Positions 43,512-53,397 of a DNA stretch of 64,000 bases are shown piece after piece. The first letter of the stretch is position 1, and each line of letters starts with the position of its first letter. Both the position numbers and the translations under genes were made by a program. Under the pieces are notes generated by a model. That model was not told where the DNA came from. It saw only the letters and a list, made by a program, of their open reading frames with translations, and made no database searches. This DNA is from Blastocatellales bacterium (GTDB lineage: Bacteria; Acidobacteriota; Blastocatellia; RBC074), in the NCBI GenBank assembly GCA_050247435.1, contig JBFWUF010000010.1, positions 65,824 to 129,823 of the forward strand. Direction: 5' to 3'.

Positions 43512-44234
43512 TTATTGATTGTGGGGTGATTGCGATTCTTCACGAAGGTAATTCTGATTAACCCAGCCGGTCATCCTCTGGTAACTGATCGGCGCCCAAC
43601 GCTCGCGCCCTCGGCGAACGCTTGCGCCCGTCACCTTGATTCCTTTGGCGTCATGTGGGATCGCGCCAATAATTCCGGCTTCCCGGCCCGATTTTGAGCG
43701 CACGTTCAAAACATCATCGCCGCGCACGTTGAATACAGCGTAACTCGCGCTAGTTTTCAACCTCCGAGTCATGGCCGGCGATTTGCGCCCGGTCTTGAGA
43801 TTGAATTCCACCCAGCCTTCCGCGGGCGCGTTTTTCGGCGCGTCCGCGCCAGTCGAGTTAATGCGATAGTAATAAATCCTGCCGCCACCTTCAGACCATT
43901 CGGCAGCCGATTGCAAAATGTAGTCCCACCGCGAGGTAATCTTTCGTTTGCCCGCTCCATCCGATTTAAAGACAAAGCCGATGTTGTCGTTGCATTCGTA
44001 ACCGCAGGCGATGACCAGGAAATGCGCGCCCGTCGGCGCCTGACGAACTTCAAGCAACGACATGAAACCATCCCTTTTGGCGTCAAGCAGGACTTTACCA
44101 TCCAGAGTCAGTTGATCGCGCGATTCGCTGATCGAAGGTCTGGCGGTTTGCGCAAAGGTAACCCGCGCTGAAAAGGCACAGAGTCCGGCGCAGAAGAGGG
44201 TAGCCAGCAATAATGATAAAAATCTCCGAGACAT
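43512..44234 (-). CDS. secreted protein with a C-terminal bacterial SH3 domain
   Basis: Signal peptide MSRRFLSLLLATLFCAGLCAFSARVTFAQ. The C-terminal VFNVRGDDVLNVRSKSGREAGIIGAIPHDAKGIKV...GWVNQNYL is SH3_3-like. Confidence 0.6.
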   Translation of the reverse strand: MSRRFLSLLLATLFCAGLCAFSARVTFAQTARPSISESRDQLTLDGKVLLDAKRDGFMSLLEVRQAPTGAHFLVIACGYECNDNIGFVFKSDGAGKRKITSRWDYILQSAAEWSEGGGRIYYYRINSTGADAPKNAPAEGWVEFNLKTGRKSPAMTRRLKTSASYAVFNVRGDDVLNVRSKSGREAGIIGAIPHDAKGIKVTGASVRRGRERWAPISYQRMTGWVNQNYLREESQSPHNQ

Positions 44235-44347
44235 TCTTTCGCATTTCTCGCGCGTAAGGTGATTGTGCTTTCCGCGTAGTCGCAACTATAATCCCCGCCG
44301 CATTCACCTGCAAAACATTTCCTGAGCGCTAAAGATATATTCAACGC

Positions 44348-45394
44348 ATGAAGCTTGACGCTGACAACGCCTCCGGTTTGCCAGCCGGTCCGTCTGCTTT
44401 TTCCTCTCGCAGGATCGCGCCAATTCCTGCACGCTATCAACGAGAAGCGGCGGCGGCGATTGTCTATGTTGTCCTGCTTGCCCTTGTAGCCGTCGCCGCG
44501 CCTGATTTCTATTCGTTCGCCAATTTGCGTGACCTGGCCATCGGCGCCGCTCCGGCGCTGATTGTGGCAATCGGGATGACTATGGTTATCCTGACAAGGC
44601 AGATTGATATTTCCATCGGCTCGCAATTCGCAGTTTGCAGCGTCGCGGCCGGGTTATTGTCGAAGGCCGGGCTGCCAATCGCGACGGTTCTCGCCTTGGT
44701 GGCGCTGGCCGGATGCCTGTTTGGTGCGATCAACGGCGCGCTGGTCGTGCGATTGAACATTCCATCAATCGTCGCGACGCTGGCAATGATGGTGGCAATG
44801 CGCGACGGATTGCGTTGGGCTACGGAAGGCAAATGGGTTCAAGGTCTGCCGCGCGAGTTTCAGTGGTTCGGGTTTGGGCAATCAATCGGGCAGGCAGTGA
44901 TCATCGCCGCCGCAATCACTCTCTTCGCCGTCTTCGCCTGGGGATTGAAAAACCTCGCCGCAGGCCGGGCGATATACGCGGTCGGTTCCGACGCGGAAGC
45001 GGCGCGGCTCGCGGGCATCGAACCTCGGCGTGTGATCTTCAGCGTTTTCGCGATGATGGGCGCGCTCACTGGCGTTGCAGCGACGCTGAACTCAATTCGA
45101 TTCACTGACATTCAGAGCAATGCCGGCCTGGGGTTGGAACTGAAAGCTATCGCCGCCGTCGTGGTCGGCGGAACGGCGATCAATGGCGGACGCGGATCGC
45201 TCACTGGCACGCTCATCGGCGTAGCGCTGCTTGGCACAATCGGCACGGCGCTCACATTCCTCGGCGTCAATCCGTTTTGGGAAAAAGCCATTCAGGGCGC
45301 AATCATTCTCGCGGCGGTTGTTTCAGATGTTGTCTTCTCCAGCGCGCGCCGGCGCCGCGAACGTCAAGGCCGGAAGGAGGCGCAGGCTGCATGA
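44348..45394 (+). CDS. ABC transporter permease, CUT2 (RbsC/AraH-like, BPD_transp_2) family
   Basis: Polytopic membrane protein. LTRQIDISIGSQFAV, ATLAMMVAMRDGLRW and GGTAINGGRGSLTGTLIG are typical motifs. Confidence 0.85.
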   Translation: MKLDADNASGLPAGPSAFSSRRIAPIPARYQREAAAAIVYVVLLALVAVAAPDFYSFANLRDLAIGAAPALIVAIGMTMVILTRQIDISIGSQFAVCSVAAGLLSKAGLPIATVLALVALAGCLFGAINGALVVRLNIPSIVATLAMMVAMRDGLRWATEGKWVQGLPREFQWFGFGQSIGQAVIIAAAITLFAVFAWGLKNLAAGRAIYAVGSDAEAARLAGIEPRRVIFSVFAMMGALTGVAATLNSIRFTDIQSNAGLGLELKAIAAVVVGGTAINGGRGSLTGTLIGVALLGTIGTALTFLGVNPFWEKAIQGAIILAAVVSDVVFSSARRRRERQGRKEAQAA

Positions 45395-47466
45395 CTCCAT
45401 CAATTCCATTCGCGACCGAAGAGCCGTTGTGGCGCCGCCTGTTTCCGAACCACGAGTGGGCGCTGCTGGCGATGCTCTTTGTCGAAACAATCATCTTCGC
45501 CTTCATCGGCGACAACTTTTTGACAGGCGCCAACGGGTTCGAGGTCATTCGATTGAGCGTTGAGATCGGGCTGTTGGCGCTGGCGCTGACGCCCGTGATC
45601 ATCACCGGCGGGATTGATCTGTCGGTAGGTTCGATGATGGGGTTATCGGCGATTGTCTGCGGCTGGTTGTGGCGCGACGCCGGATTGCCCATCTGGGCGA
45701 GCGTGGCGTTGACGCTGATGCTGGGACTGATTGGCGGCGGGTTGAACGCGCTGCTGATTGCTCGGCTCAATCTGCCGCCGCTGATCGTCACGCTCGGAAC
45801 GTTTTCGCTCTTTCGAGGATTGGCCGAAGGAATCACGGGCGGCGTGGACAACTACACCGGCTTCCCCCAGCAATTTCTGTTTCTCGGCCAGGGTTATCTC
45901 TTTGGTGTTTTGCCACCACAGACTCTGGTGTTGATCGCGGTCGCGGTCTTCTACTACCTGCTGCTCCATCGCACGATCATCGGTCGAGGACTGTATGCGA
46001 TTGGATTTTCGTCTGAAGGCGCGCGGTACGCTGGCATCCCGGTCGCGCGGCGCGCCGGCCTCGTCTATCTGCTCTCAGGATTCGCCGCGAGTCTGGCCGC
46101 TGTCATCTACATCGCGCATCTTGGCCAGGCGAAATCTGACGCGGGTACTGGATACGAATTGATGGCGATCACGGCGGTCGTGCTAGGCGGGACTTCGATC
46201 TTCGGTGGACGCGGCACGGTCTGGGGCACGGCCCTCGGATTATTCGCCATAGTAATTTTACAAAACGGATTGAGGCTTGCCGGGCTGCCCACTGAACTCG
46301 CGGGCATTCTGACCGGCGCGCTGCTCGTCATCACGATCTGCGTTGATCGTTTCCTGGGAGCGCGGGAGCCCTCGCCCGCAGGGATTGGCGCGCCTGCGCC
46401 GCAAGTGGAGGAAATCGAAGTGAAAAATTCTCAAGTCGCAATTCTCAGCGCCGTCATCCTGATCGCCGCGTTGATCGTTGCGAGTAGCAACTGGCTGCTC
46501 GTCCGCTCGCTCAAACAGAAATCGAGCGCCAGCGCGTCAACAGCGCCATCCTCTCCAACCAGGCGCACAACTGTCGCAATGATGCCGAAGGCCAAAGGCG
46601 ATCCGTACTTTGTCAGTTGCCGCAAAGGCGCCGAAGAAGCCGCGCGCGAACTCGGCGTTGAGCTGATCTGGGACGGCCCAACCGACCTCGACCCGGCGAA
46701 ACAAAACGAAGTGGTTGAAGGCTGGATCACGCGCGGCGTTGACGTGATCGCCGTCAGCGTCGAAAACCAGGCCGGGATTTCAACCGTGCTCAGAAAAGCG
46801 CGAGAGCGAGGCATCAAGGTTTTGACCTGGGACGCCGACGCTCAAAAAGACGCGCGCGATTTCTTCATCAACCAGGCCACGCCTCAAGGCATCGGCCAGA
46901 CGCTGACCGACGAGGCCGCACGCATCCTCTCAGGCCGTGGCGAATTCGTGATCATTACCGCCAGTTTGAGCGCGGCCAACCAGAACGAATGGATCAAGCA
47001 CATCAAAGCCAGGCTGGCCGAAAAATATCCCGGCCTGAAGCTGGTAGCGATCCGGCCAAGCGACGGTGACCGCGACCGCGCCTTCGCCGAGACTCAAACT
47101 GTTTTGAAAGCTCACCCGAACGTGAAATTGATCATGGGCATCGCCGCTCCCGCTGTGCCCGGCGCAGCCGAAGCTGTCAAACAATCAGGCAGAGAAGACG
47201 TAAAGGTCATCGGTCTGTCGTTGCCGAATTTGTGCAAGCCTTATGTTCACGACGGCGTGATCGAAAGCGTTGTGCTGTGGAACACGCTCGATCTGGGTTA
47301 TCTGACGATATACGCGGCGAATGAATTAGAAGGCGGAAAATTGAAGCGCGGCGAACGTGAATTGAAAGCTGGCAAGTTGGGCGTGATTGAGGTGCGCGAG
47401 GATGACGTGCTGCTGGGCGCGCCGTTTATTTTCAACAAACGGAATATTGACCGGTTTGATTTCTAA
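45391..47466 (+). CDS. fusion protein: CUT2-type ABC permease (N-terminal half) plus extra TM helix plus periplasmic sugar-binding protein domain (RhaS/LsrB-like, C-terminal half)
   Basis: ATGA overlap with the upstream permease at 45391-45394. Permease motifs are GGIDLSVGSMMGL and GGTSIFGGRGTVWGT. An anchor helix VAILSAVILIAALIVASS follows. The binding-protein domain then shows TVAMMPKAKGDPYFVSCRKGAEEAA...VDVIAVSVEN...KVLTWDAD. Confidence 0.8.
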   Translation: MTPSIPFATEEPLWRRLFPNHEWALLAMLFVETIIFAFIGDNFLTGANGFEVIRLSVEIGLLALALTPVIITGGIDLSVGSMMGLSAIVCGWLWRDAGLPIWASVALTLMLGLIGGGLNALLIARLNLPPLIVTLGTFSLFRGLAEGITGGVDNYTGFPQQFLFLGQGYLFGVLPPQTLVLIAVAVFYYLLLHRTIIGRGLYAIGFSSEGARYAGIPVARRAGLVYLLSGFAASLAAVIYIAHLGQAKSDAGTGYELMAITAVVLGGTSIFGGRGTVWGTALGLFAIVILQNGLRLAGLPTELAGILTGALLVITICVDRFLGAREPSPAGIGAPAPQVEEIEVKNSQVAILSAVILIAALIVASSNWLLVRSLKQKSSASASTAPSSPTRRTTVAMMPKAKGDPYFVSCRKGAEEAARELGVELIWDGPTDLDPAKQNEVVEGWITRGVDVIAVSVENQAGISTVLRKARERGIKVLTWDADAQKDARDFFINQATPQGIGQTLTDEAARILSGRGEFVIITASLSAANQNEWIKHIKARLAEKYPGLKLVAIRPSDGDRDRAFAETQTVLKAHPNVKLIMGIAAPAVPGAAEAVKQSGREDVKVIGLSLPNLCKPYVHDGVIESVVLWNTLDLGYLTIYAANELEGGKLKRGERELKAGKLGVIEVREDDVLLGAPFIFNKRNIDRFDF

Positions 47467-47589
47467 CAGGCGATGTTTGCGGACGCGATAAAAAGCTGCG
47501 GCTGTACGGATTTCGGTTGTTGTGCATGTTAGCTTTCAAACTCACTGCGCCGATCAATGCGGTGCGAGTTGAAACTCAAGGAGGAACTT

Positions 47590-48282
47590 ATGGCAATGAA
47601 AAGTAGAATCATAATCGCGACTTTTCTCTTGCTGATGGTAGCAGGTGGAGTGCTCGCAGCCCGCGTGCTCAATCTTACCGGAGATCCCCAGGATACTCTT
47701 ATCCTCCCATCCGCTTTCACAGCCGAGGGAAGGGTATTGCATAACGGGCAGGAGGTCGAGAGGTTCACTTATTATGGCGATGGAACCGGTCGGCTTGCGG
47801 AAGTGAGGCAGGACGAAATGGGTATCCACTACTGGTGGAAGCTTGGCGACGGAACCATGTGGCGCCTGGAGCTTGGAGGACAGAACCTGATCTATCATAG
47901 TACTGGGGCGATGCGGCTACTCGGCGCTGACTATCACAGGCGTTTAGGGAAGCCGGAACAGAACCTCTTTGGCTTCCCTGCTTTTAAGCAGGTCGGTACC
48001 AAACCGAACGGGGGCGATTTCGAAGTGTGGTTTGCCCCCGATTTGTGCAAAGACGTCAAGCGGATTGATCATCAAGGAAATGAAACCCGTGTCAGAGAGA
48101 TTTACGACCTGAAGCCTGGCGCCCCTGATCCTGGGGTTTTTGTTCCGCCATCCCTTCCCATTGTTTACAGCGAGGGCGTAGCCAAATTCCACCAGAACGC
48201 CGGGCGGCCTCAGGAAGCATCCCAAGCTCTATCAGACCTGGCAGCCGCGAAGCAGAAATACGGCGAGTTTTTTAAGCCCTAA
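47590..48282 (+). CDS. hypothetical secreted protein
   Basis: RBS AAGGAGG precedes ATG 47590. Signal peptide MAMKSRIIIATFLLLMVAGGVLA. I recognised no family. Confidence 0.55.
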   Translation: MAMKSRIIIATFLLLMVAGGVLAARVLNLTGDPQDTLILPSAFTAEGRVLHNGQEVERFTYYGDGTGRLAEVRQDEMGIHYWWKLGDGTMWRLELGGQNLIYHSTGAMRLLGADYHRRLGKPEQNLFGFPAFKQVGTKPNGGDFEVWFAPDLCKDVKRIDHQGNETRVREIYDLKPGAPDPGVFVPPSLPIVYSEGVAKFHQNAGRPQEASQALSDLAAAKQKYGEFFKP

Positions 48283-48288
48283 TGACAA

Positions 48289-48900
48289 TCAGATCGGCGT
48301 ATCCCAGATTTCTTTCAAGTCGAGTACAAAGCCTGGCAGCTCTGGATTGGCTGAGACTTCGGTCACGTTTTTCAGTTCTTCGGCAGCGACATTGGGACGA
48401 TAAACATAGACAGTGCGCGTTTCGGGATCAATCAGCCAACCGAGCCGCACCCCACAAGTGATGTACTCTTCCATCTTGGCTTTGACAGTATCGAGATCAT
48501 CGCTCGGCGAGCGCAGTTCAATTGCGAAGTCAGGACAGATAGGTAAAAACTTCTTCTTCTCTTCCAGGGTCAGTTGCGCCAGCCGCGCCTTCTCCACCCA
48601 GGAAGCGTCCGGCGAGCGGTCAGCGCCATTAGGCAGTTTGTACCCTGTGGAAGAGTCAAAAGAGGAGCCAGTCGCATGCCGCTTTTCCCAATTCCCAAGC
48701 TGTCTGGTGATCTCCTTGTTGCGGTATCCAGTTTCACCTCCAGTTGGCGGCATGATTATCACCTCTCCTTTCGCCGTGCGCTCAAGACGCAAGTTCGGGT
48801 TCTGCCTGACAAGCTCGTAGAAAAGGTCTTCAGTTGATTTGAGTTGAAAGCCGTGTTGACTCATAAACATTGCCTCCGGTTGATGGCCGGATTCTAGCAC
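48289..48900 (-). CDS. Uma2-family (DUF820) putative endonuclease
   Basis: LERTAKGEVIIMPPTGGETG...SSTGYKLPNGADRSPDASWV...CPDFAIELRSPSD is the Uma2 PD-(D/E)xK-like pattern. Confidence 0.75.
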   Translation of the reverse strand: MLESGHQPEAMFMSQHGFQLKSTEDLFYELVRQNPNLRLERTAKGEVIIMPPTGGETGYRNKEITRQLGNWEKRHATGSSFDSSTGYKLPNGADRSPDASWVEKARLAQLTLEEKKKFLPICPDFAIELRSPSDDLDTVKAKMEEYITCGVRLGWLIDPETRTVYVYRPNVAAEELKNVTEVSANPELPGFVLDLKEIWDTPI

Positions 48901-48909
48901 GCCGCCTTT

Positions 48910-50337
48910 TCAGATTCGCAGCCCCAACGACACGTGCTTCGTTTCAAGAAAAGCGTCAAGCCCCTCGCTCCCCAACTCTCTTCCCCATCCACTCTGTTTC
49001 ACGCCGCCGAACGGGCAATTGCTGGTCGAAGGCACGCCGTCGTTGATTCCAATCGTTCCCGCTTCCAGCGATTCCGCCAGTCGAAACGCGCGATCCAGAT
49101 CAGCCGTGAACGCATACGCGCTCAAGCCGTAGATCGTGTCGTTGGCCTTCGCAATCGCTTCGTCTTCGGTGTCGAATGCGGAGATTGCGGCGACCGGGGC
49201 GAAAGTCTCCTCCTGCGCGCACAGCGCGTCGTCCGGCACATCGGCGAGCACGGTCGGTTCGATAAAGAAGCCTTTGTCGCCGAACTGCTTTCCGCCGCAC
49301 AGCACGCGAGCGCCGCGCGCGACGGCGTCTTCGATGTGCGCGAGAGCCTTTGTCAACCCCGCGTCGTCAATCAGCGGCCCGATGTCCACGCCTTTTTCCA
49401 GACCGTCGCCGACTTTCAATGACCTCATCCTCGCGGTGAAAGCTTCGAGAAAGTCTTCGTATACGCCGCGCTGAACATAAATCCTGTTTGCCGCAATGCA
49501 CGATTGGCCGGTGTTGCGCGTTTTGGCGGCAAGCGCGCCTTCGACCGCGCGGTTTAAATCAATGTCATCAAAAACCAACACCGGCGCGTTGCCTCCGAGT
49601 TCGAGCGACAGAGGCTTGACGGTCTGCGCCGCGCCTGCAATCAGCAATCGCCCGACTTCGGTCGAGCCGGTGAAGGTCACTTTGCGGCACAAAGGATTCT
49701 GCAAAAACTCCTTGCCAATCTCCGGCGCGTCGCCTAACACAACCTGGAAGACGCCTTTCGGCAAACCGGCTGCGGCCACGCATTCGGCCAGCGCGATTGC
49801 GGAGAGCGGTGTTTGTTCAGCGGGCTTCAAAATGATCGTATTGCCGGCGGCCAATGCTGGCGCGGCTTTCCTCACGGCAAGCACAAGCGGGAAATTCCAC
49901 GGCGTGATCGCGCCAATAACCCCCATCGGCGATTTGATGATCAAGTGGCGTTTGCCATCTACCTGCTGCGGCACGACTCGGCCATAAGCCCGCCGCGCTT
50001 CTTCAGCAAACCAATGCAGATGATCAACCGCGAACGCGACCTCGGTTTGGCTTTGAGCGAGCGGCTTGCCGTTTTCGAGCGTCATCGTGCGGGCCATCTC
50101 CGCCGAGCGGTTTTCGATCTCATCGGCGATGGAGCGCAGGAACATTCCGCGAGCCTTGCCCGTCAGCTTGCGCCACGATTGAAAAGCTTCATGCGCGTCA
50201 GCGATTGCTTGCGCAACGCGCGCACGGTCAACTGTCGAAACCCGCGCGATCGCTCCGCCAGTCGCCGGATTGATTACCTGCTCGAATGGGGATGAGACGA
50301 GCCAGTCGCCATTGAGATAAAGAGGGCAGGTCTTCAC
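48910..50337 (-). CDS. NAD(P)-dependent aldehyde dehydrogenase (succinate-semialdehyde dehydrogenase-like)
   Basis: ITPWNFP, FTGSTEVG, LELGGNAP and QSCIAANR (catalytic Cys) are ALDH-family motifs. Length 475 aa. Confidence 0.85.
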   Translation of the reverse strand: MKTCPLYLNGDWLVSSPFEQVINPATGGAIARVSTVDRARVAQAIADAHEAFQSWRKLTGKARGMFLRSIADEIENRSAEMARTMTLENGKPLAQSQTEVAFAVDHLHWFAEEARRAYGRVVPQQVDGKRHLIIKSPMGVIGAITPWNFPLVLAVRKAAPALAAGNTIILKPAEQTPLSAIALAECVAAAGLPKGVFQVVLGDAPEIGKEFLQNPLCRKVTFTGSTEVGRLLIAGAAQTVKPLSLELGGNAPVLVFDDIDLNRAVEGALAAKTRNTGQSCIAANRIYVQRGVYEDFLEAFTARMRSLKVGDGLEKGVDIGPLIDDAGLTKALAHIEDAVARGARVLCGGKQFGDKGFFIEPTVLADVPDDALCAQEETFAPVAAISAFDTEDEAIAKANDTIYGLSAYAFTADLDRAFRLAESLEAGTIGINDGVPSTSNCPFGGVKQSGWGRELGSEGLDAFLETKHVSLGLRI

Positions 50338-50455
50338 ATTCTTTCCTTCTCACTTCCCCTTCACTTGGGAATCTTCGCGTAGTCTTTCAGAAACTGATCA
50401 ACGACGATGTCCGACTCGCAGGTGATGTCGTTACGCACTTAAGCAGAAGTAATGA

Positions 50456-50527
50456 GATGTGGCGCGAGTTGTTTAATCGCGCCTGTCCCACTGTCACAAA
50501 GCGCGAGAAAACAACTCGCGCCACATC
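50456..50527 (-). terminator. long perfect hairpin (19-bp stem) between the M20 peptidase and aldehyde dehydrogenase genes; probable terminator or REP
   Basis: GATGTGGCGCGAGTTGTTT (50456-50474) pairs with AAACAACTCGCGCCACATC (50509-50527). An inner TCGCGC/GCGCGA stem is present. On the - strand the hairpin is followed by the T-rich TCATTACTTCTGCTT. Confidence 0.5.
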
Positions 50528-50641
50528 TTTACGGCGCAAAACTTTTAGCCACGCGCTTACCCAACACCGCCGGATGGTTATATTTATTTCTCAAAGACCA
50601 TAACGGCTGGGCTAAAGAAAAACAGGTGGCCAGAGCGAATT

Positions 50642-52084
50642 TCAAAACACCCTCTGACGTTGATCGGCGTTCGGCGAGGCGTAGTACTTCACCAGGCGGT
50701 AGAGATACTCCTGCCCGTCGTAAAACGACTTCACGCCGATGCGTTCGTCTTTGCCGTGCGCTCGTGAATCATCAATATCGCCGAAGAGTCCAGACGTGCC
50801 GTACGTCGGGGTGCCCGCTTTGCGCAGGTAGAGGCTATCGGTCGCTCCCGTGCTCATCGTCGGAATGACCGGCACGCCGGGCCACATCTGCTCCGTGATC
50901 GCTTCGATTGGCTTCATCACACTTGCGGCGAGCGGCGAAGGCGGGCTGGGCTTAGGCTCGCGGATCGGAGTGATCGCGACGCGGCTGTCGTTGACGATTT
51001 TGACCAGAGTCTCGCGCGTCTGCCCGGCGGTCTCGGTCGGCAGAATGCGGCAATTGACCGTCGCTCGCGCCGTCTGCGGCAAAGCATTTTCGGCGTGCCC
51101 GGCTTCGAGCATCGTCGCCACGCACGTCGTGCGCATCGTCGCGTTGTAGGCCGGAATATCCGCGAGGTAAGCGACGGATTTCGCGTCGGGCGGATTTTGA
51201 AGCGCGCCCTTCATCGCCGCGCCAATCTCGCCACCTTCGATCTTCGAGACGCGTTCGAAGTAGGCGCGCGTGACTTCGTTCAAGTTGACCGGAAAGTCGA
51301 ATTGCGCAAGACGCTGCAACCCGGCGGCGAGTTGATAGATCGCGTTCTCCTTCACCGGGCGCGAACTGTGGCCGCCCTTGTTTTTCACTTCGAACAAGAA
51401 ACTCTGAAAAACCTTCTCGCTCGCCTGCACCGAATTGAACAGCCTCTTGCCGTTGCGGATCGCGCCGCCGCCGCCTTCGTTCAAACCGAATTCGGCTTCG
51501 ATCAAGCCGCGATGATTTTTGACCAGCCAATCAACGCCGTTGAAATCACCGCCTTCTTCGTCGGCGGTCAAAGCGACGATGATGTCGCGGTCTGGCTTGA
51601 AGCCTTCCTGCTTCAACCTAATCAGGTTGGCGATGAAGATTGCGGCCATCGCCTTATCGTCGGATGTTCCGCGGCCGTAGTAGTAACCGTCCTGCTCTAA
51701 AAACTTGAACGGATCGAACGACCAGTCCTCGCGCTTCGCTTCAACGACGTCAAGATGCGCGAGCAGCAAAATCGGCTTGCGCGCGCCGGTTCCGCGCAAC
51801 CGCGCGACCAAGTTGCCTTTGCGCGGATTCGGCCCCAGGACTTTCACATCGTCGGCGGCAAAGCCCGCGGCTTTCAACCGCGCGGCCATCGCATTCGCGG
51901 CGGCGGTGCAATCGCCGACTGAATCGGTCGTGTTGATCTCGATCAGTTGCTGAAATATTTCGCGCGCCAGTTGTTGATGAGAGTTGAGCGGCATTGTCTG
52001 CGCAAATTGCCGCTCAGGCGCGACCAGCAAACCAAACATCAAGGCCGCCGCGAACAAACCGATCCTGCTTCTCTTCATTGTCAT
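50642..52084 (-). CDS. secreted M20/M25/M40-family metallopeptidase
   Basis: Signal peptide MTMKRSRIGLFAAALMFGLLVAP. LLLAHLDVV, GRGTSDDK and LTADEEGG are M20 metal-ligand motifs. Confidence 0.85.
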   Translation of the reverse strand: MTMKRSRIGLFAAALMFGLLVAPERQFAQTMPLNSHQQLAREIFQQLIEINTTDSVGDCTAAANAMAARLKAAGFAADDVKVLGPNPRKGNLVARLRGTGARKPILLLAHLDVVEAKREDWSFDPFKFLEQDGYYYGRGTSDDKAMAAIFIANLIRLKQEGFKPDRDIIVALTADEEGGDFNGVDWLVKNHRGLIEAEFGLNEGGGGAIRNGKRLFNSVQASEKVFQSFLFEVKNKGGHSSRPVKENAIYQLAAGLQRLAQFDFPVNLNEVTRAYFERVSKIEGGEIGAAMKGALQNPPDAKSVAYLADIPAYNATMRTTCVATMLEAGHAENALPQTARATVNCRILPTETAGQTRETLVKIVNDSRVAITPIREPKPSPPSPLAASVMKPIEAITEQMWPGVPVIPTMSTGATDSLYLRKAGTPTYGTSGLFGDIDDSRAHGKDERIGVKSFYDGQEYLYRLVKYYASPNADQRQRVF

Positions 52085-52098
52085 CCTCCGAAAATGCC

Positions 52099-52173
52099 CG
52101 ACAAGCTGCCAGCTTGTCGTTGGCTTTGTGAGTCGGTCTTTCCTGGGAGCAACGACAAGCTGGCAGCTTGTCG
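52099..52173. repeat. two copies of a 21-bp palindrome (CGACAAGCTGSCAGCTTGTCG) 54 bp apart
   Basis: Copies lie at 52099-52119 and 52153-52173 in the intergenic region between the threonine-synthase-like and M20 genes. Confidence 0.85.
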
Positions 52174-52187
52174 GACAGGATACGAGC

Positions 52188-53363
52188 CTAACGCGCTTCT
52201 TTCAGACCGAAAGCTTCCAGATATTTGACGCCCGTGCCGGTGTTGAAGAGCACGATGCGATCTGTTGCTGAAACCTGTCCCGATGCCAGCAGCTTCTTCA
52301 AGCCTGAAAAACAGGCCGAGCCTTCGGGCGCGCAGAACAATCCTTCAGCCGCTCCCACAACTTTCGTGTCGGCGATCATCTCTTCGTCGGTCACGGCAAC
52401 TGCGCCACCGCTGCTCCTCCGCAGAATGTCGAGCATGATGAAATCGCCGATGGCACGCGGCACGCGAAGGCCCGAAGCCGCTGTGTGCGCGTTCTCGAAT
52501 TCCGGCGCTTCGTCCCAGCCGTTGTCGAAAGCGCGGACAATTGGCGCGCAACCGGCGGCTTGAATCGAAAACATTCGCGGCCGCTTCGAACCGATCCACC
52601 CCATCGCTTCCATCTCGTCGAAAGCCTTCCACATTCCGACCAGTCCGGTTCCGCCGCCTGTCGGATACATGATCACGTCGGGCAGTTCCCAGTTGAACTG
52701 TTCGGCCAGTTCATAACCCATCGTCTTCTTGCCTTCGATGCGGTAAGGCTCTTTCAGAGTCGAAACGTCGAACCAGCCTTCGGCTTCTTTTCGCTTTGCG
52801 ACTTCAGCGCCGCAGTCAGTGATCAATCCGTCAATCAACGTGACGCGTGCGCCGAGTTGCTCGCACTCAATGCGATTGGCGGCGGGCGTATCGCTCGGCA
52901 TGAAAACGTAAGCCTCCATCCCAGCCGCCGCCGCATAAGCAGCCATCGCGCCGCCCGCGTTGCCCGCCGTCGGGATCGCCACTTTCTTGACGCCAAGCTC
53001 TTTCGCCATCGAGATCGCCGCCGCCTGGCCGCGCGCTTTGAACGATCCGGTCGGGTTCGGCCCTTCGTCTTTGATGAAAAGCTGCGGCAAGCCGAATTGC
53101 GCGCCCAGACGTTTGGCGCGCAGCAATGGCGTCCAGCCTTCGCCGAGCGAGACGATGTTTTCATCGCGCACCACAGGCAGAACTTCACGGTAACGCCAGA
53201 GCGACGAGATACGATTTTTCAGGATTTCTTTCGTCAGCGTCCGCGCCGCCTTTTGCAAATCGTATCGGACGAGCAGCGGCTTGCCCGCTTCGGACAGGTT
53301 GTAGAGTTTGTTGGGTTCGTATGTCTTGCCCGTTTTAGAGCATTCGAGATGAGTAACGTACAT
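52188..53363 (-). CDS. PLP-dependent threonine synthase-like enzyme (fold type II)
   Basis: [10 protein letters not shown] (PLP lysine), TAGNAGGA and the GGGTGL loop are present. Length 391 aa. Confidence 0.65.
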   Translation of the reverse strand: MYVTHLECSKTGKTYEPNKLYNLSEAGKPLLVRYDLQKAARTLTKEILKNRISSLWRYREVLPVVRDENIVSLGEGWTPLLRAKRLGAQFGLPQLFIKDEGPNPTGSFKARGQAAAISMAKELGVKKVAIPTAGNAGGAMAAYAAAAGMEAYVFMPSDTPAANRIECEQLGARVTLIDGLITDCGAEVAKRKEAEGWFDVSTLKEPYRIEGKKTMGYELAEQFNWELPDVIMYPTGGGTGLVGMWKAFDEMEAMGWIGSKRPRMFSIQAAGCAPIVRAFDNGWDEAPEFENAHTAASGLRVPRAIGDFIMLDILRRSSGGAVAVTDEEMIADTKVVGAAEGLFCAPEGSACFSGLKKLLASGQVSATDRIVLFNTGTGVKYLEAFGLKEAR

Positions 53364-53397
53364 TCAGCAATGCTTCCTTCTTGAATTATGACGTGAT

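Noticed and set aside
48289-48900. Uma2-family endonuclease as the core of a defence or toxin-antitoxin island
   Set aside because: It is a single gene wedged between a hypothetical secreted protein gene and an aldehyde dehydrogenase gene. It has no methylase, antitoxin, helicase or mobile-element partner. Uma2 genes commonly occur as isolated multicopy genes.
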